64,000 nucleotides of DNA, taken from contig OX597843.1 in the NCBI GenBank assembly GCA_951406725.2, positions 4,526,001 to 4,590,000 of the forward strand, given 5' to 3'. A program made the translations under genes and the position numbers. The DNA comes from Octopus vulgaris. Taxonomy: Eukaryota. This document shows positions 41,602 through 54,871 of the stretch, one piece after another (position 1 is the first letter of the stretch; the number at the start of each line of letters is the position of its first letter). Below the pieces are notes generated by a model. That model was given only the letters and a program-made list of their open reading frames with translations, searched no databases and was not told the origin of the DNA.

Positions 41602-41766
41602 GGCGGCAAGCTGGCCCGGTCGTTTAGCGCGTCGGACGGAATTGCTTAGTTGTATTTCGTCCGCCGTGACGTCCTGGGGAGGTTCGCTTCCCCGGGACGT
41701 CTTTGCGGTCGGAGTACTTCTGAGCATTTTCGTTTGGCGCGCTAATTGGCAAGCTCGTCGCCTTTT
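41602..41766 (+). ncRNA. Putative Pol III-transcribed long-hairpin ncRNA, copy 1
   Basis: End-to-end rod fold with 10 G-U pairs and a UUCG loop. A-box-like TGGCCCGGTCG, B-box-like GGTTCGCTTCC, TAAATA at -31, and TTTT right after the closing base pair. Confidence 0.7.
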
Positions 41767-41838
41767 CGATCCCCTTTTGCATTTGACCTAGTTTAATCTG
41801 ACCCAGTTTATCGACTCCCAAATCGATAATGACTAAGA

Positions 41839-42103
41839 GGAAGTGACGTCAGGGACAGTGCCGGAAACTGAAACAAACATTTATTGGAAGGAAGTCTGTT
41901 GCTCGCAGAACTTCGTGTTTGGTACACCTCTCATGGAACTTTACCTTTTAATTATGTTTTTAAGTAGAAGTCTGTCTTGTATTGGTGGCAGAGACGGAGC
42001 CAGAGAGTTTAACAAATAGTGAAGAAAGGAAAATATATATATATTTGGTTGTCAATGGGCAACCTGTGGCCTGACGAGGACTCCCAACGAAAAGTTATGA
42101 GGT
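41839..42103 (+). promoter_or_regulatory. ETS-CRE promoter with putative non-coding first exon (duplicate arm)
   Basis: GGAAGTGACGTCA (41,839-51), CCGGAAA, and donor AG|GTAAGG at 42,102. Confidence 0.5.
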
Positions 42104-42149
42104 AAGGCCATTACGTTTTATTGCGCATACATACACATTAATACTATTA

Positions 42150-42470
42150 TTGTATACAGTGCTCAGGTGCCCCACAACTTGTCAAAAGTGCGTATAAAGT
42201 ATATGTAGAAATGTCTGGGAAGTGAACAGTGTATGAGTCAGATAGATGCTTGCTTGTGTGTATTGAGGGGAGGAGAAGATCAGGTGTAGTGTTGGCGAAT
42301 CTCAGAAAGCATGGAAGTTTTGAAGGATGCAGTGCTCCGACAATTAACAACTGATGCCGGCAGTTTGTTCCATGCTTCAGCAACTTTTAGCATGAAAAAA
42401 TGTTTGCGAAGGTCATGGAAAGAGCTGTGCTACTTCCTGACTTTGTAAAACATGTCCACGGGTGTTGGAC
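42150..42470 (-). mobile_element. CR1-type LINE 3' end; mirror copy at about 55,780-56,095
   Basis: RKHFF.LKVAEAWNKLPASVV-like terminal motif. Confidence 0.65.
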
Positions 42471-42496
42471 ATATATATATATATGTGTGTGTATAT

Positions 42497-42737
42497 CAGT
42501 GCTTTTCAAACTTTTTGCTGGAGCGGAACCCCAAGGAAACATTCCACTGGCTCGAGGAACCCCAAGGAAACATTCCACTGGCTCGAGGAACCCCAAGGAA
42601 ACATTCCACTGGCCCGAGGAACCCCTGTGCAATAATTTAATAGACTTATGCACACATATCTGCACGGGAGAATTAAAAATTACTGCCGATTTTAGCAGTT
42701 TTGTAACTTCTTGCGGAACCCTGGTTGAAAACCACTG
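42497..42737. mobile_element. hAT-like MITE with an internal 29-bp tandem repeat
   Basis: CAGTGCTTTTCAA...TTGAAAACCACTG termini. Related copies at about 46,965-47,117 and 55,575-55,754. Confidence 0.65.
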
Positions 42738-43725
42738 ATATATATATATACACACAAACATATACACTAATAAGGTTTATTTATATGAATATGTGGAGGT
42801 GTATGTATAAATAGCTTTAGATATAAATATCTAATTATACCAGTTTATCATTTTGGTGTTACTCCATTTTCTTCTTAGCAATAATCTCTATTCATTCATT
42901 CTAAACACTAATTGAAGCACCCATAAGGAACCCACACGTGTTTTTGGATATTTATAACTACCTGTACGTGTATATCTTGGTGGATTAAAATTTATCTAAA
43001 CATTAACACGACATGTCTGTCCCATAAGAGCCAGAATAACTCCCCATTGTAACTTTTAATAAACTCATGGTTTTTAGGTTAAAATTTCACAACTTAAATC
43101 TCTCTCTATATAAAACTGAAGTTGTCTGTGTGTGGCAGCCTTCAACTAACACTATCTTCTCTGAGGCCCTGTGGCGCAGGTTGACCAAAATTGAGAGTAT
43201 GATAGAAGAAGGCTTGCTCTACCTTCCGTAGAAGAAAAAATTCAAATCGGACCATGTTAGCACCAAAAACTATTTACATCAAAAAGGTGCTTTTTTTTTC
43301 CTTTGAAAATCCCTATTTTTTGCCTGCTGTGTCGTCATTTTTCGGTGTACATTAACCAGAAAAATGTTCACTTAAAGAGTGGTAGAATTTGTCAAAATAA
43401 AACATCTTTTTCTCTTGGCTTTATTGAGAAAATTCTATAATTGACAGCAACGATATAGCCGTTAAGTGGTCACTGGACGTGCTAGAAATAGCAGCCGAAT
43501 ATAAGGAACCTCCAAATTTTGAGGGCTTAAAATTTGGGAAAAAGAGATTATTTTAAAATAATTTCTTTGTAACTAAACACTTTTAAACTTCGTATACTGG
43601 TAGATTGTGTTTATAAAACATCTTTTTCTCTTGGCTTTATTGAGAAAATTCTATAGTTTGTAAGATATTTGTTGGTTTTTCTTCTTCTTCAATTTCTATA
43701 CAAGCATATATATACAAACTGAAAG

Positions 43726-44068
43726 GGCAATGTTTCGTTTGTAGTAGCACACGTTTCCGTAGATTTCCGTAAAAAATGTAAACACTGAATTGGCCATACA
43801 TATACACCGAGTAAAAAAATTCCAGTTATCTCTCTCTTTCACACATTACTCTCTCTTCTAACAGAAGCACTTCACTTACACAACATACTGCCTCCCACAC
43901 CCCCATCAAACACACACACGGGGACTTCAAAAAGAAATTCCATCGTCATACAATCGCTTCCTCTTAGTCTCTTTCGCTCTCATTACTTCAAATATTCCCG
44001 CAAAGCCACATGTAAAAAAAATATAAGTATTTTACGGAAACGTGTGCTACTACAAACGAAACGTTGCC
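43726..44068. mobile_element. TIR MITE present only in the left arm of the inverted duplication
   Basis: 36-bp TIR GGCAATGTTTCGTTTGTAGTAGCACACGTTTCCGTA. Its interior is related to 62,265-62,701. Confidence 0.75.
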
Positions 44069-45885
44069 AAATGAAGATATACATACATGCACATCAACAC
44101 ACAATATTGTCATAGCAACCGTTTACACAGATATCTGACATCATTGGCTGAAATGGAAAAGCGGTAGTGACGTCAGGTGACCGAGCCTGAAAAACCATTC
44201 TTTGCTTCGGGGTTCGATCCCAGTCTCCCGTACCCACCGAGGGACCTGAATTTTTTTTCTGTTTGTTTCAATAAGGAACAAGTAGTTCTTTCTCTTCTTA
44301 TCTGTCGATGTCCTGACACAGCCAAGGAGGCATTTTCCTAGGTGAGGCCATAACATTAATATTCAAGAACCTGTCCCGGTTTCTTTCCTTTTTCCCATTT
44401 TATAAAGATCCTACATTCCAAAGCATGAAATTCGCATTTTATAATTCATCTTTTGGCGAACCTTCGGTATAGGTACCGGAAGTGGCTTTGTTTACATTTC
44501 TGAAGATAACAGAAACCCTTTTCTCCCACCCCCAACTCCTTATATACTCTTTTACTTGTTTCAGTCATTTGACTGCGGCCATGCTGGAGCACCGCCTTTA
44601 ATCGAGCAACTCGACCCCGGGACTTATTCTTTTGTAAGCCCAGTACTTATTCTATCGGTCGCTTTTTTTCCAAAACCGCTAAGTAACGGGACATAAACAC
44701 ACCAGCATCGGTTGTCAAGCAATGCTAGGGGGAAACACAGACACATATATACGACAGGCTTCTTTCAGTTTCCGTCTACCAAATCCACTCACAAGGCATT
44801 GGTCGGCCCGGGGCTATAGCAGAAGACACTTGCCCAAGGTGCCATGCAGTGGGACTGAACCATGTTCATTGGACGGAGGGGGTTGTTTTGCTCGTATATA
44901 TATATATGTCATAATTTAGAAGAAACAGTAAGAAGTTGTCATGGTATTCAGAGTCTCAAATGTCAAAGCTATGTAGGGGTCATTCAAAGCAACGATTAGT
45001 AAATCTACAAAACCAGTATGCCTTTGAATCTCTTTAACAATAACGACTTTCATTCCCACCTCAGTTCATCTGATTGTATACATCTATCGTTCTGTGCAGT
45101 TTCCTCTTATTTCCCCTTGCATTTCCACATGTAGTTTCTATATAAACTAGCAGTATCGATCGGGTTTGTTTTGACCCTTTAGAATTGGAATTTTTGAAAA
45201 GTAAAAATTTTGCATTATGTAGCTTGTTATTCTCTTTAAGTGAACATTTTTCTGGTTGAAATACACCGAAAAATGGCGACACAGCAGTCAAAAAATAGTG
45301 ATTTTTATAGGAAAAAAAAAAGCACCTTTTTGATGTTAACAAGGTCCAATTTGAGTTTTTGTCTTCTATGGGAGGAAGAGCAAGGCTTCTTCCATCATAC
45401 TCTGAATTTTGGACGACTTGTGCCACAGGGTATATATTGCTATATTTCGGAATGGTCATTTTGCCAATAAAAGCACACGCACCATATATTTGGTGTTACA
45501 TTGCAGTGTTATTTTTTATATTAATCTTATTTCGGCCAGAGTTCTTTCGTCACACTCTTGTGACCACATCAGTGGTCCTTTGTTTTCTTGTGTGTCTCTC
45601 GTTCATGTGTTTACATCCGTATGTATAACATCCGTATGTATAACAACAATAAATTATATATTTGTTTATATTGTAACCAGTCTGTGGGGATCCTCTACCA
45701 TCATATGTTGTGGTGGGTGCTAGTGTTCCATTGCAGTTTGCTATTCAGGCCAGGTTCATCTTCTATTATGTGTGTAGAATATTTTAATTTCTATGTTGTT
45801 GACTGATCCCCCGTGTTGGTACAGAATCGATGAGCCTTTACCTTCCTTGAGTTGTCTCCAATGTCCATTTATCCACTCTTCTATG

Positions 45886-48800
45886 AACATTAACACATCG
45901 GTTGTCAAGCAATGCTAGGAGGAGAAACACACACGCATATATGCTACGGGCTTCATTCAGTTTCCATCTACCGAATCCACTCACAAGGCTATAGTAGAAG
46001 ACACGTGCCATGCGGTTGGTAAACAAGCTACTTACCACTCCTATATATATATACACTTAACAAGAGCTGGCAAGTCAGAGAACTGCCCCAAGTTCCATTG
46101 TTGTTTTGGCAGGTTTTCTTATGGCTTCCATCATTTCGGGGGTGATAAATTAAGTACTAGTGAAACAGTTGAGTCGAATTATCCCCCAAAATAGCTGCCC
46201 TTGCAGCAGAATTATTAGCATGCCAGGTGAAATGGTTAGCAGTGTTCATACTCCACCAAGGTCAGCTTTGCTCCCCATCCTCTTTGGGTCAATGAAATCG
46301 ACTATCCCCCCAAATTTTCAGGGCCTTGTGCTTAGAGTAGGAATCATTATTATAGCAGCAAGCTGGCAGAATTTTGTAACTCACCACACAATCCAGGCCT
46401 TGTACCTAGAGTAGAAAGGTTTATAATAATATTATTGCCCTAATGTAATTTTAAATAAGCCCTTGTAGCCAATAAACAAATTAATTATTATTAATGTTGC
46501 AAGATCAGAGACTGCTGAGGTTGACGAAGATAAACACCAGTGAAACATTGGGGTTGATGTAATTGAGTAGACCCTGTCGTTTCTATAGCTGGGTGCTCAA
46601 TGATGCCAATCATTGACTGACATAGTAACCTCACCCACCTTATTTAAAACTATTACTACTATTCAGTAGCCTGCTTTCACTATACTACCGAGCGCAGCTC
46701 TGTGTATGTACTGTGATGCTCCTTTGGTTACTGTATTGAAAGTGTTTTGCGTAGGATGTGGGCAGTGCTAGTTTCTGTTACGTATTTGTCTGAAGTTCTT
46801 TCTTATCAAACCTAATGTCCTTACTATAATGGGAATTGTTTCTGTATTTAGGCTCTACATTCAAGTTACCTCAGCAGTCTTACCTTTATCACATGCTTTC
46901 ACTATACTACTGACCGCAGCTCTGTGTACATTGGTGCTATAAACTTTACTGTATAGACCTCCTCTCGGTGGGTTTTCAACCAGTACAGTCCGGAGGTTTT
47001 GCAAGAAGCTGCTAAAATCAGCAGTGCATAAGACTATTAAATTATTGCACAGGGGTTCCTCGTGCCAGTGGAATGTTTCCTTGGGGTTCCGCTCCAGCAA
47101 AACGTTTGAAAAGCACTGATATATAATCTTGTTTCTCTCTCTCTCCATATCCATTTTTCTCTCTACATATGTTTTATACGCACAATAATTTCATCAACAA
47201 CAACATCTTTTTATATGAATAAAATTGTTTTATTCCATTTTATTTAATTACAGAAAGGATGACAAGCCATCCCAGTGCGACACCATTGTATCTTCTAAAA
47301 CCATCGACCACCTTTAGTTCCACACCACCCAGTGAAGTGCTGCAACTCTCTGGAAGCCGACCAAAGTTTGTTGATTTCGACGACAGCAATACCTACAACA
47401 AAAATGAGAGAAACTGTATCAAATAAAATGAACCAATCGTATGTGTTTGCTTGACTTGGTGTTGCTAGCTGAATTGCGCTAATATAAGTTCTGTACATAA
47501 GTGTATATATACATACTATTATAAAATACACGGCTTTATTTTGAGATTACCAACATTCGCAAATAAAATAGACAGGAGTATTAGTGAGCTATGTTCCGCT
47601 TAATAACCACACTCAAAATCAAATATATATATCCTTCTCCATCATAAATAGCTAGATCTTTTCAGTCATTTGGCGATGCTGGAGCACTGCTTTTAGTCAA
47701 CCCCAGGTCTTATTCTATCGGTCTCTTTTGCCGAAACGTTAAGTTACCAGGGACGTAAACACAAAAGGCTATAGTAGAAGACACTTGCCGGACCATAAAA
47801 TACACTTCAACATACAAAGAATCTTGCAAACCAAATACACATATATATTGACAGCCTAATACATACACACTTTGAAATTTTCATGTATCCATCATTACAA
47901 TTCAAAACAAGAGCTTTGTACTACTGAGCCAGAGGTGGTATCAAAAGGGTTAAGAACTGTTTTGCTACTGTATATTTTAAACCTTCTGTTACCCTATCCC
48001 TGCTGAGATGCTCTGTGTTTCTTTCAATTACAACAAAGAATTTAGTAAAATAACTTGGTTATCATTCAGCAAGTGTTAGGAACATAAATTGCGACTAAGG
48101 TTTGGTGGAAGATTTTAATTTGGAACTTTTGAAAACAAGACATTTGTAGTGCTGGGCTGGGTTGGTAATGAAGGGGTTAAGGTGCATACACCTCTACATG
48201 ACTTCAAAGACACACACAGCACCCTATAATGATTGTTTGTCCTCAATTATCTTTACAAAACATTTATTATAAGTTGTTATCATCACCAATAAGGCAGCAG
48301 ACAAAATGCTTACTGGTACTGCAATACCACCAAGGGGTCAATAAATTAAGTGCTAATGAAACACTAGGGTAGTTTTCAATCTATTCTACCCCAAGTTTTA
48401 GGCTTTGTATCTATATTGAAAAGGATTATTATCATTAGCACACCAGGTGAATGCTAAGTGGCATTTCTTCCTATCCTGAGTTCAAATTCCTCAAAGGTCA
48501 ACATTGCCTTTCATCCCGATAGATTAGGTACCAGCCAAGAACGGGGATCAATGTGATCGACTACCCTCCACTCCACGTGCCTATATTGGAAAGGATTATT
48601 ACCATTAAGATGGGAAACATTAGCAAACCACGCAAAAATGTTAAGTGTCATTTCATCCATCTTTAAGTTCTGATCCCCTGCCATAATTATTATATATTGA
48701 TTTATCAATGTTAGTCAATTAGCCTTTGATTCACTGCTGAAGGCTTGGACCTATTTCTCTAACACCACCACAAGTCATTTCTACAACATCGAAATTCATC

Positions 48801-51122
48801 TCTGCCACTGTTCTGTTTCTTTAGTGGAGGAGAAGATATTGTAACAGACGAAATGATTTTGAAATGAATAAAGCAAATAAATGAAAGAGGAAACATTTTG
48901 TTGTTGTTACTACATTCGCTATGTCCACCTTAGTTAGTCTTCCCTTAATGTAAATTTAGCAGAGTCTGGATTGTTGCAATCTATACTAGTGAACATCTAA
49001 TCTCACTATGTTGATATCAACATAGTGGTAAAGGCACCCCTACAAAAGAGTACTGTTGATATAGTAATAGAAACTAATACTATGGAGAGCAGTAAGGTCA
49101 CAATAGACTACCAGTACTAGACACAGAACTCTGGCTAGAAATTGTGAATAATAAAACCCAAATCCTTCATTCGTACTATGCCAAACCCTTGGCCTCAAAA
49201 TACTTGATCCACCGGAACTCAGACCTTGTCAGAATAATGAGAAATGTGTCTCACATGTGAGAGCCTACAGAGACACATATCATACCTAATTCACTGCATG
49301 CAGTTCTCAGCCATATCGAAACTTGATAATTCACTATGTAATGGGATTTTCCCACTCTATAGAAAGGACAAAAAAGGTAAGGCCACCTCTTGGTATGATC
49401 ACCAGAGTGTCATGTTCGTTGACACCACCCCTGTAGGTGAACTGGCATACTGCCTTAGAAGGACCCTAGACAAACTTAAGCTAAGGATGTTGAAAAGCCA
49501 GGCAACCCTATCAAATCTATAATTAGTAGAACCCCCTGTACAGATAAGTACTGTATGTAGATTTAGCCCACAAACAAACTGTAAAGCCAGAAATGTAGTA
49601 TAAGATGTATAGAGGGACGATGCAGTAACAAGATGACATACGTAGGGGAAACGGCAAGAAGCATAGGAGAGTGGATAAATGACATTGGAGACAACTCAAG
49701 GAAGGTAAAAGTTTATCAATTCTGTACCAACACGCCACACAGAAGATCAATCATAGAAATTAAAATATTGTCCACAGATGCAACAATCAGACAAATTACA
49801 GAAGCTACACACATAATAGAAAATAAACCTAGCCTTTGGCCGAAATAAGATTAATGTAAAAAATAACACCAAATATATAGTGCGTGTGTTTTTATTGGCA
49901 AAATGACCATTCCGAAATATAGCAATATATACTGTGGCACAAGTTGACCAAAATTGAGAGTATGATGGAAGAAGGCTTGCTCTTCCTTCCGTAGAAGATA
50001 AAATTCAAAAATTCCAGTTCTAAAGGGTCGAAACAAACCCGAGCAACACTGCTAGTATATATGTGGAAATGTAAGGGGAAGTAAAAAGAAACTGCAAAGT
50101 AACAATAGATATATACACAATTAGATGAACTGAGGTAGGAATAAGAATCATTATTGTGAATTGTTAAAGAGATTCAAAAGCATTCTGGTTTTGTAAATTT
50201 ACTAATCCTTGCTTTGAATGCAGACCCCTATATAACAATAAATAGAGGAATATTTATATAGGTTATAATCTAGAAGAAACAGGGAAAGGTTGTTGTAGTA
50301 TTCAACAGGCCGATAGGCCTCCCCTTTGAGAAACACTGATTTAACCTAAATCTGAGACACCACCAGCAAAAGAAATAAAGATAGACGTTCTTTTCTATTC
50401 CAAAGAAAAACGATTTTATTCGCACAAATATGCAACCGAAGAGTTTAAAGTACCAGTAATGATTAGGCTGTTGACTTGGAGAACACAAACATGGTTTAAC
50501 CAGTAAGCGTGGAAGGAAAGAAACGTGCCTTTAAGCAGTACAAGAACAGCAAAAAATGGAAGGTGCAGTTATGTACAGGTTGACGGAAGAAAAGCAGGAC
50601 AAAAACGGCTTTATCGATTGCATTCTCACCTGGTATCTATATATCAAAGGCGGTGGACTGGCAGAAACATTAGCACGCCGGGCGAAATGCTTAGCAGTAT
50701 TTCGTCTGCGTTACGTTGTGAGTTCAAATTCCGCCGAGGTCAACTTTGCCTTTCAAGGTCGATAAAATCGACTTAATACCTATGTCTGTCCTTGTGGGTA
50801 ATGAAGAAATAGGTATCTACATATCAAATTTGAGCGCAATCAGATGGAGGATGCCCGAGATCCTAGAAGACACACACACACATGGATTTTATATAATAGA
50901 TTTGTATATATTTATATGCTTGTGTTTGTACCTTTGAAGGTGCAGGAAGAAAAGCAAGACATATGATTCTTTTCATGCATCAAATAGATTTCCCCCATGA
51001 TTTTAGAATGTTATCTCTAGTAATGGCGTTTGATTTTGAAAGAAAGAAAGCCCAGAAAAAAACCTGTCTCTAGAAGGGCTGTTCACAAAAAGTGTGTCAG
51101 AAATTATCTAGACTTACAATGA
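45886..51122 (+). repeat. Deletion-eroded direct duplicate of about 31,250-39,366
   Basis: Colinear anchors: 46,057/31,468, 46,690/32,805, 47,250/33,550, 49,020/37,668 and 51,060/39,305. Confidence 0.88.
47245..47440 (+). pseudogene. Truncated copy of gene X exon 3
   Basis: The acceptor and ATGACAAGCCATCCCAGTGCGACACC are fused directly to the 34,095-34,232 segment. Most of the exon is deleted. Confidence 0.85.
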
Positions 51123-51188
51123 AATATCAAAACTTTCATAGATATTCATTGTTATACAAAGTGTTTCATCCAATGACTTCTGATATCG

Positions 51189-52460
51189 TTATTCTCCTGT
51201 ATGATTGGATATGTGTGTAGCCAATTGTGCTTTCTGAGAGAATGATTTACCACAGATATCACACTGATAGGGCTTCTCCCCTGTATGAATACGTTTGTGC
51301 CTAGATAAGGTACCTCCATCGGAGAAAGATTTTCCACAGGCATCGCAATCATATGGTTTCTCTCCTGTGTGAATACGCTTGTGTCTGGTCAAGGTGCCTC
51401 CGTCGGAGAACGATTTGCCGCAGATGTCACAGTGATATGGTTTCTCACCTGTATGAATACGTTTGTGTGTCGTTAAGTTGCCACTTACGGAGAACAATTT
51501 TCCGCAGATGTCACACTGATATTGTTTCTCTCCTGAGTGAGTGTGTTTGTGTTTAACCAAGGAATTGCTCCGAGAGAAGGATTTAGCACAAATGTTACAT
51601 TGATACGGCTTTTCTCCCGTATGGAGGTGTCTGTGAGCCGTTAAGGAATCATTCCTTGAGAATGACTCCCCACAGATATTACAATGGTATGGCTTCTCAC
51701 CTGTATGAATGCGAACATGCTTAGTCAAGCGTGAAGTTTCAGTGAACGATTTGCCACAGATATCACACTGATACGGTTTCTCTCCAGTGTGACTGTATCT
51801 ATGAGTGATTAAAGAATCATTTCGGGAGAAAGATTTACCACAGGTATCACAACGATGCGGTTTTTCACCTGTATGAGTTTGCATATGCTTAGTCAAGGGA
51901 TCAGCTTCGGAGAATGATTTCCCACAGGTATCACAACGATATGGCTTCTCACCTGTATGAATGCGTTTGTGTCTATTTAAGTGACTGTTATCAGAAAATG
52001 ATTTACTACAGATGTCACAGTGATACGGCTTCTCACCTGTATGGGTGCGTTTGTGTTTAGTCAAGGGACCAGTTTCTGAGAAGGATTTCCCACAGATATC
52101 GCAATAATGTGGTTTCTCCCCTGTATGAATGAGTTTGTGTACAGTTAGGGAGTTATTTCGAGTGAATGATTTTCCACATATATCACAGTGAAATGGTTTT
52201 TCTCCTGTATGTGTGTGTCTGTGTGTCACAAGTGCACCTTTTTGAGAGAATGATTTACCACAGATATCACAACGATATGGCTTCTCTCCTGTGTGAATAC
52301 ATCTGTGAGTGGCAAGGGTATCTTTCTGAGAATATGACTTTTTACAAATATCACATTGGTAAGATGCATCACATATGTCAATTGGCATTTCATCACTAAA
52401 ACCAGTCCTTTTAAATTCCAATCCACATTCAACATTATCATCACACGATTCACATTCCAT
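51189..52460 (-). CDS. C2H2 zinc-finger protein, 14 tandem fingers, 423 aa
   Basis: Intact ORF with CxxC-x12-HxxxH fingers and TGEKPY linkers. Upstream acceptor TTTCAG at 52,788. Confidence 0.95.
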   Translation of the reverse strand: MECESCDDNVECGLEFKRTGFSDEMPIDICDASYQCDICKKSYSQKDTLATHRCIHTGEKPYRCDICGKSFSQKGALVTHRHTHTGEKPFHCDICGKSFTRNNSLTVHKLIHTGEKPHYCDICGKSFSETGPLTKHKRTHTGEKPYHCDICSKSFSDNSHLNRHKRIHTGEKPYRCDTCGKSFSEADPLTKHMQTHTGEKPHRCDTCGKSFSRNDSLITHRYSHTGEKPYQCDICGKSFTETSRLTKHVRIHTGEKPYHCNICGESFSRNDSLTAHRHLHTGEKPYQCNICAKSFSRSNSLVKHKHTHSGEKQYQCDICGKLFSVSGNLTTHKRIHTGEKPYHCDICGKSFSDGGTLTRHKRIHTGEKPYDCDACGKSFSDGGTLSRHKRIHTGEKPYQCDICGKSFSQKAQLATHISNHTGE

Positions 52461-53850
52461 AATTTTCCTTTGTAATCCAAGTGTAATCAGAATAAAATAT
52501 CCAACATATTCCAGACAGCAAAGAAGAGAAATGATTTACATTGGACAGATACGTGTCCTCATATTGTTTGTCGACACATATCCATCTACAGAATTCCTTC
52601 TCCCTAAAATATATAGAACAGAACTGGAGAAATTTTGCAAATAGTCTCAGCCAGACGAAATATTCCACAGGAATTCTACCAAAAACTTATATAAACAAGG
52701 TGAAGTCTGTTTTGTGTAAGAATTTTCCTTTAAGCTTGGTAAATGGTTAGGGTAAAAATATCCTTTAACACCATACCATCGGGAATTCTGAAATTACAGA
52801 GAAACAGTGTAAACTAGAGGGGATACTTAAAACAGAAGGAGGGAGGTGTCAGTCTATTCAACTAGCTCCCACCCCCCGAAATTGCTGGCCTTGTGCCAAA
52901 ATTTGAAAGCAATATTACTTAGTACAACTTTAAACGAAGTCTTCATATTTACAGACTACACCAACCCCTTCGTATTTTGCTAAGGAGGAGCAAGGGTGGT
53001 CTCTTAAATTACGTATAGCTCCTACTTGATTCAGCCCGTCGTATATACATGTGTGTGTGTGTCTTACTATCGCTTGTCAACCGGTGTTGGTGTGTTTACG
53101 TCCCTGAGGCTTAGCAGTTCAGCAAAGAGAGCGATAGAATAAATACTAGGCTTTAAAAAAAGGTCAATTTATTCAACTTAAAACTTCACCAAGATGGTGC
53201 CCCAGCATGGCCGCAATCTAATAACCGAAAGAAATAAAATATGAACGTAACTTCGGTATAGGTACCGGATACATTTCAAGAAAGTTTTTATTTTAATAGG
53301 CGCAGGGGTGGCTGTGTGGTAAGTAGCTTGTTTACCAACCACATGGTTCCGGGTTCAGTCCCACTGCGTGGCATCTTGGGCAAGTGTCTTCTGCTATAGC
53401 CTCGGGCCAACTAGAGCCTTATGAGTGGATTTGGTAGACGGAAACTGAAAGAAGCCTGTCGTATATATGTTTGTCCCCCTAGCAATGCTTGACAACCGAT
53501 GCTGGTGTGTTTACGTCCCCGTCACTTAGCGGTTCGGCAAAAGAGACCGATAGAATAAGTACTGGGCTTACAAAAGAATAAGTCCCGGGGTCGATTTGCT
53601 CGACTAAAGGCGGTGCTCCAGCATGGCCGCAGTCAAAATGACTGAAACAAGTAAAAGAGTATATAAGGGGGTGGGAGAAAAGGGTTTCTGTTATCTTCAG
53701 AAATGTAAACAAAGCCACTTTCCGGTACCTATACCGAAGGATCGCCAAAAGAGGAATTATAAAATGCGAATTTCATGCTTTGGAATGTAGGATCTTTATA
53801 AAATGGGAAAGAAACCGGGACAGGTTCTTGAATATTAATGTTATGGCCTC

Positions 53851-54105
53851 ACCTAGAAAAATGCCTCCTTGGCTGTGTCAGGACAACCAGTTCCTTATTC
53901 AAACAGACAGAAAAAAATCAGGTCCCTCGGTGGGTACGGGAGACTGGGATCGAACCCCGAATGTTTCCTACCGCCGAAGAAAAGAATAGTTCTTCAGGCG
54001 CAGGCTCGGTCACTGGTCGCCTGACGTCACTACCGCTTTTCCATTTCAGCCAATGATATCAAAGAATCAACGTCAGATATCTGTGTAAACGGTTGCTATG
54101 ACAAT
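53851..54105 (-). promoter_or_regulatory. Promoter and putative non-coding exon 1 of the 14-finger gene
   Basis: RFX-like GTTGCTATGACAAT (54,092-105), CCAAT (54,050), TGACGTCA (54,022-29), and donor AG|GTGAGG at 53,852. Confidence 0.55.
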
Positions 54106-54871
54106 ATTGTGTGTGTATGCATTTCTTGATTTTGTTTTCAGTTTGTATATTACATATATGTGTGCTTGTATGTATATTTGTGTAAGTAAGTATAATGTAT
54201 AGAAATTGAATTCACCTCAATAGACGTCATTGATTGGTTGAAATTGCAGAAAAAAAACCAACAAATATCTTACAAACCATAGAATTTTCTCAATAAAGCC
54301 AAGAGAAAAAGATGTTTTATAAACACATTCTACCAGTATATGAAGTTTAAAAGTGTTTAGTTAACTAGAAATTATTTTTAAAAACTGCCTGTCAAACCGA
54401 AAAGAACTTAGTATTATAATCTCTTACAGAACCTTTTCCCCAAAATTTGGGGGTTCCTTATATACGTTAAAATAGGGTAATTCGAGATATTCGGCTGCTA
54501 TTTCTAGCACGTCCAGTGACCACTTAGCGGCTATATCGTTGCCTTGTTGCTGTCAATTATAGAATTTTCTCAATAAAGCCAAGAGAAAAAGATGTTTTAT
54601 AAACACATTCTACCAGTATAGGAAGTTTGAAAGTGGACATTATTTTAAAAACTGCTGTTCAAACCGAAAAGATCCTATGTATGTGTTTATATCTATTTTT
54701 GTGTATACACATTCATATACATACATACACAAAAAAATACATTAATAAGCAATTAAACCGGAAAAAATTTGAAATAAGATTTTACTGAAGGAATATGCTA
54801 GATATGTTTCGATACATGTATCGCTTGGGAAAGGAAATCAATTATATGTTGTACTGTAATTATATCAGGGC

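Noticed and set aside
41602-41766. Hairpin as a tRNA gene or a plain MITE
   Set aside because: I see no cloverleaf or acceptor stem of tRNA size and no TSD. The strand-biased G-U pairing is not expected for DNA TIRs. A repeat origin is not fully excluded.
41600-41821. 63-65 aa ORFs conserved in both arms
   Set aside because: They begin at non-ATG codons and resemble no protein. Their conservation is explained by the RNA hairpin.
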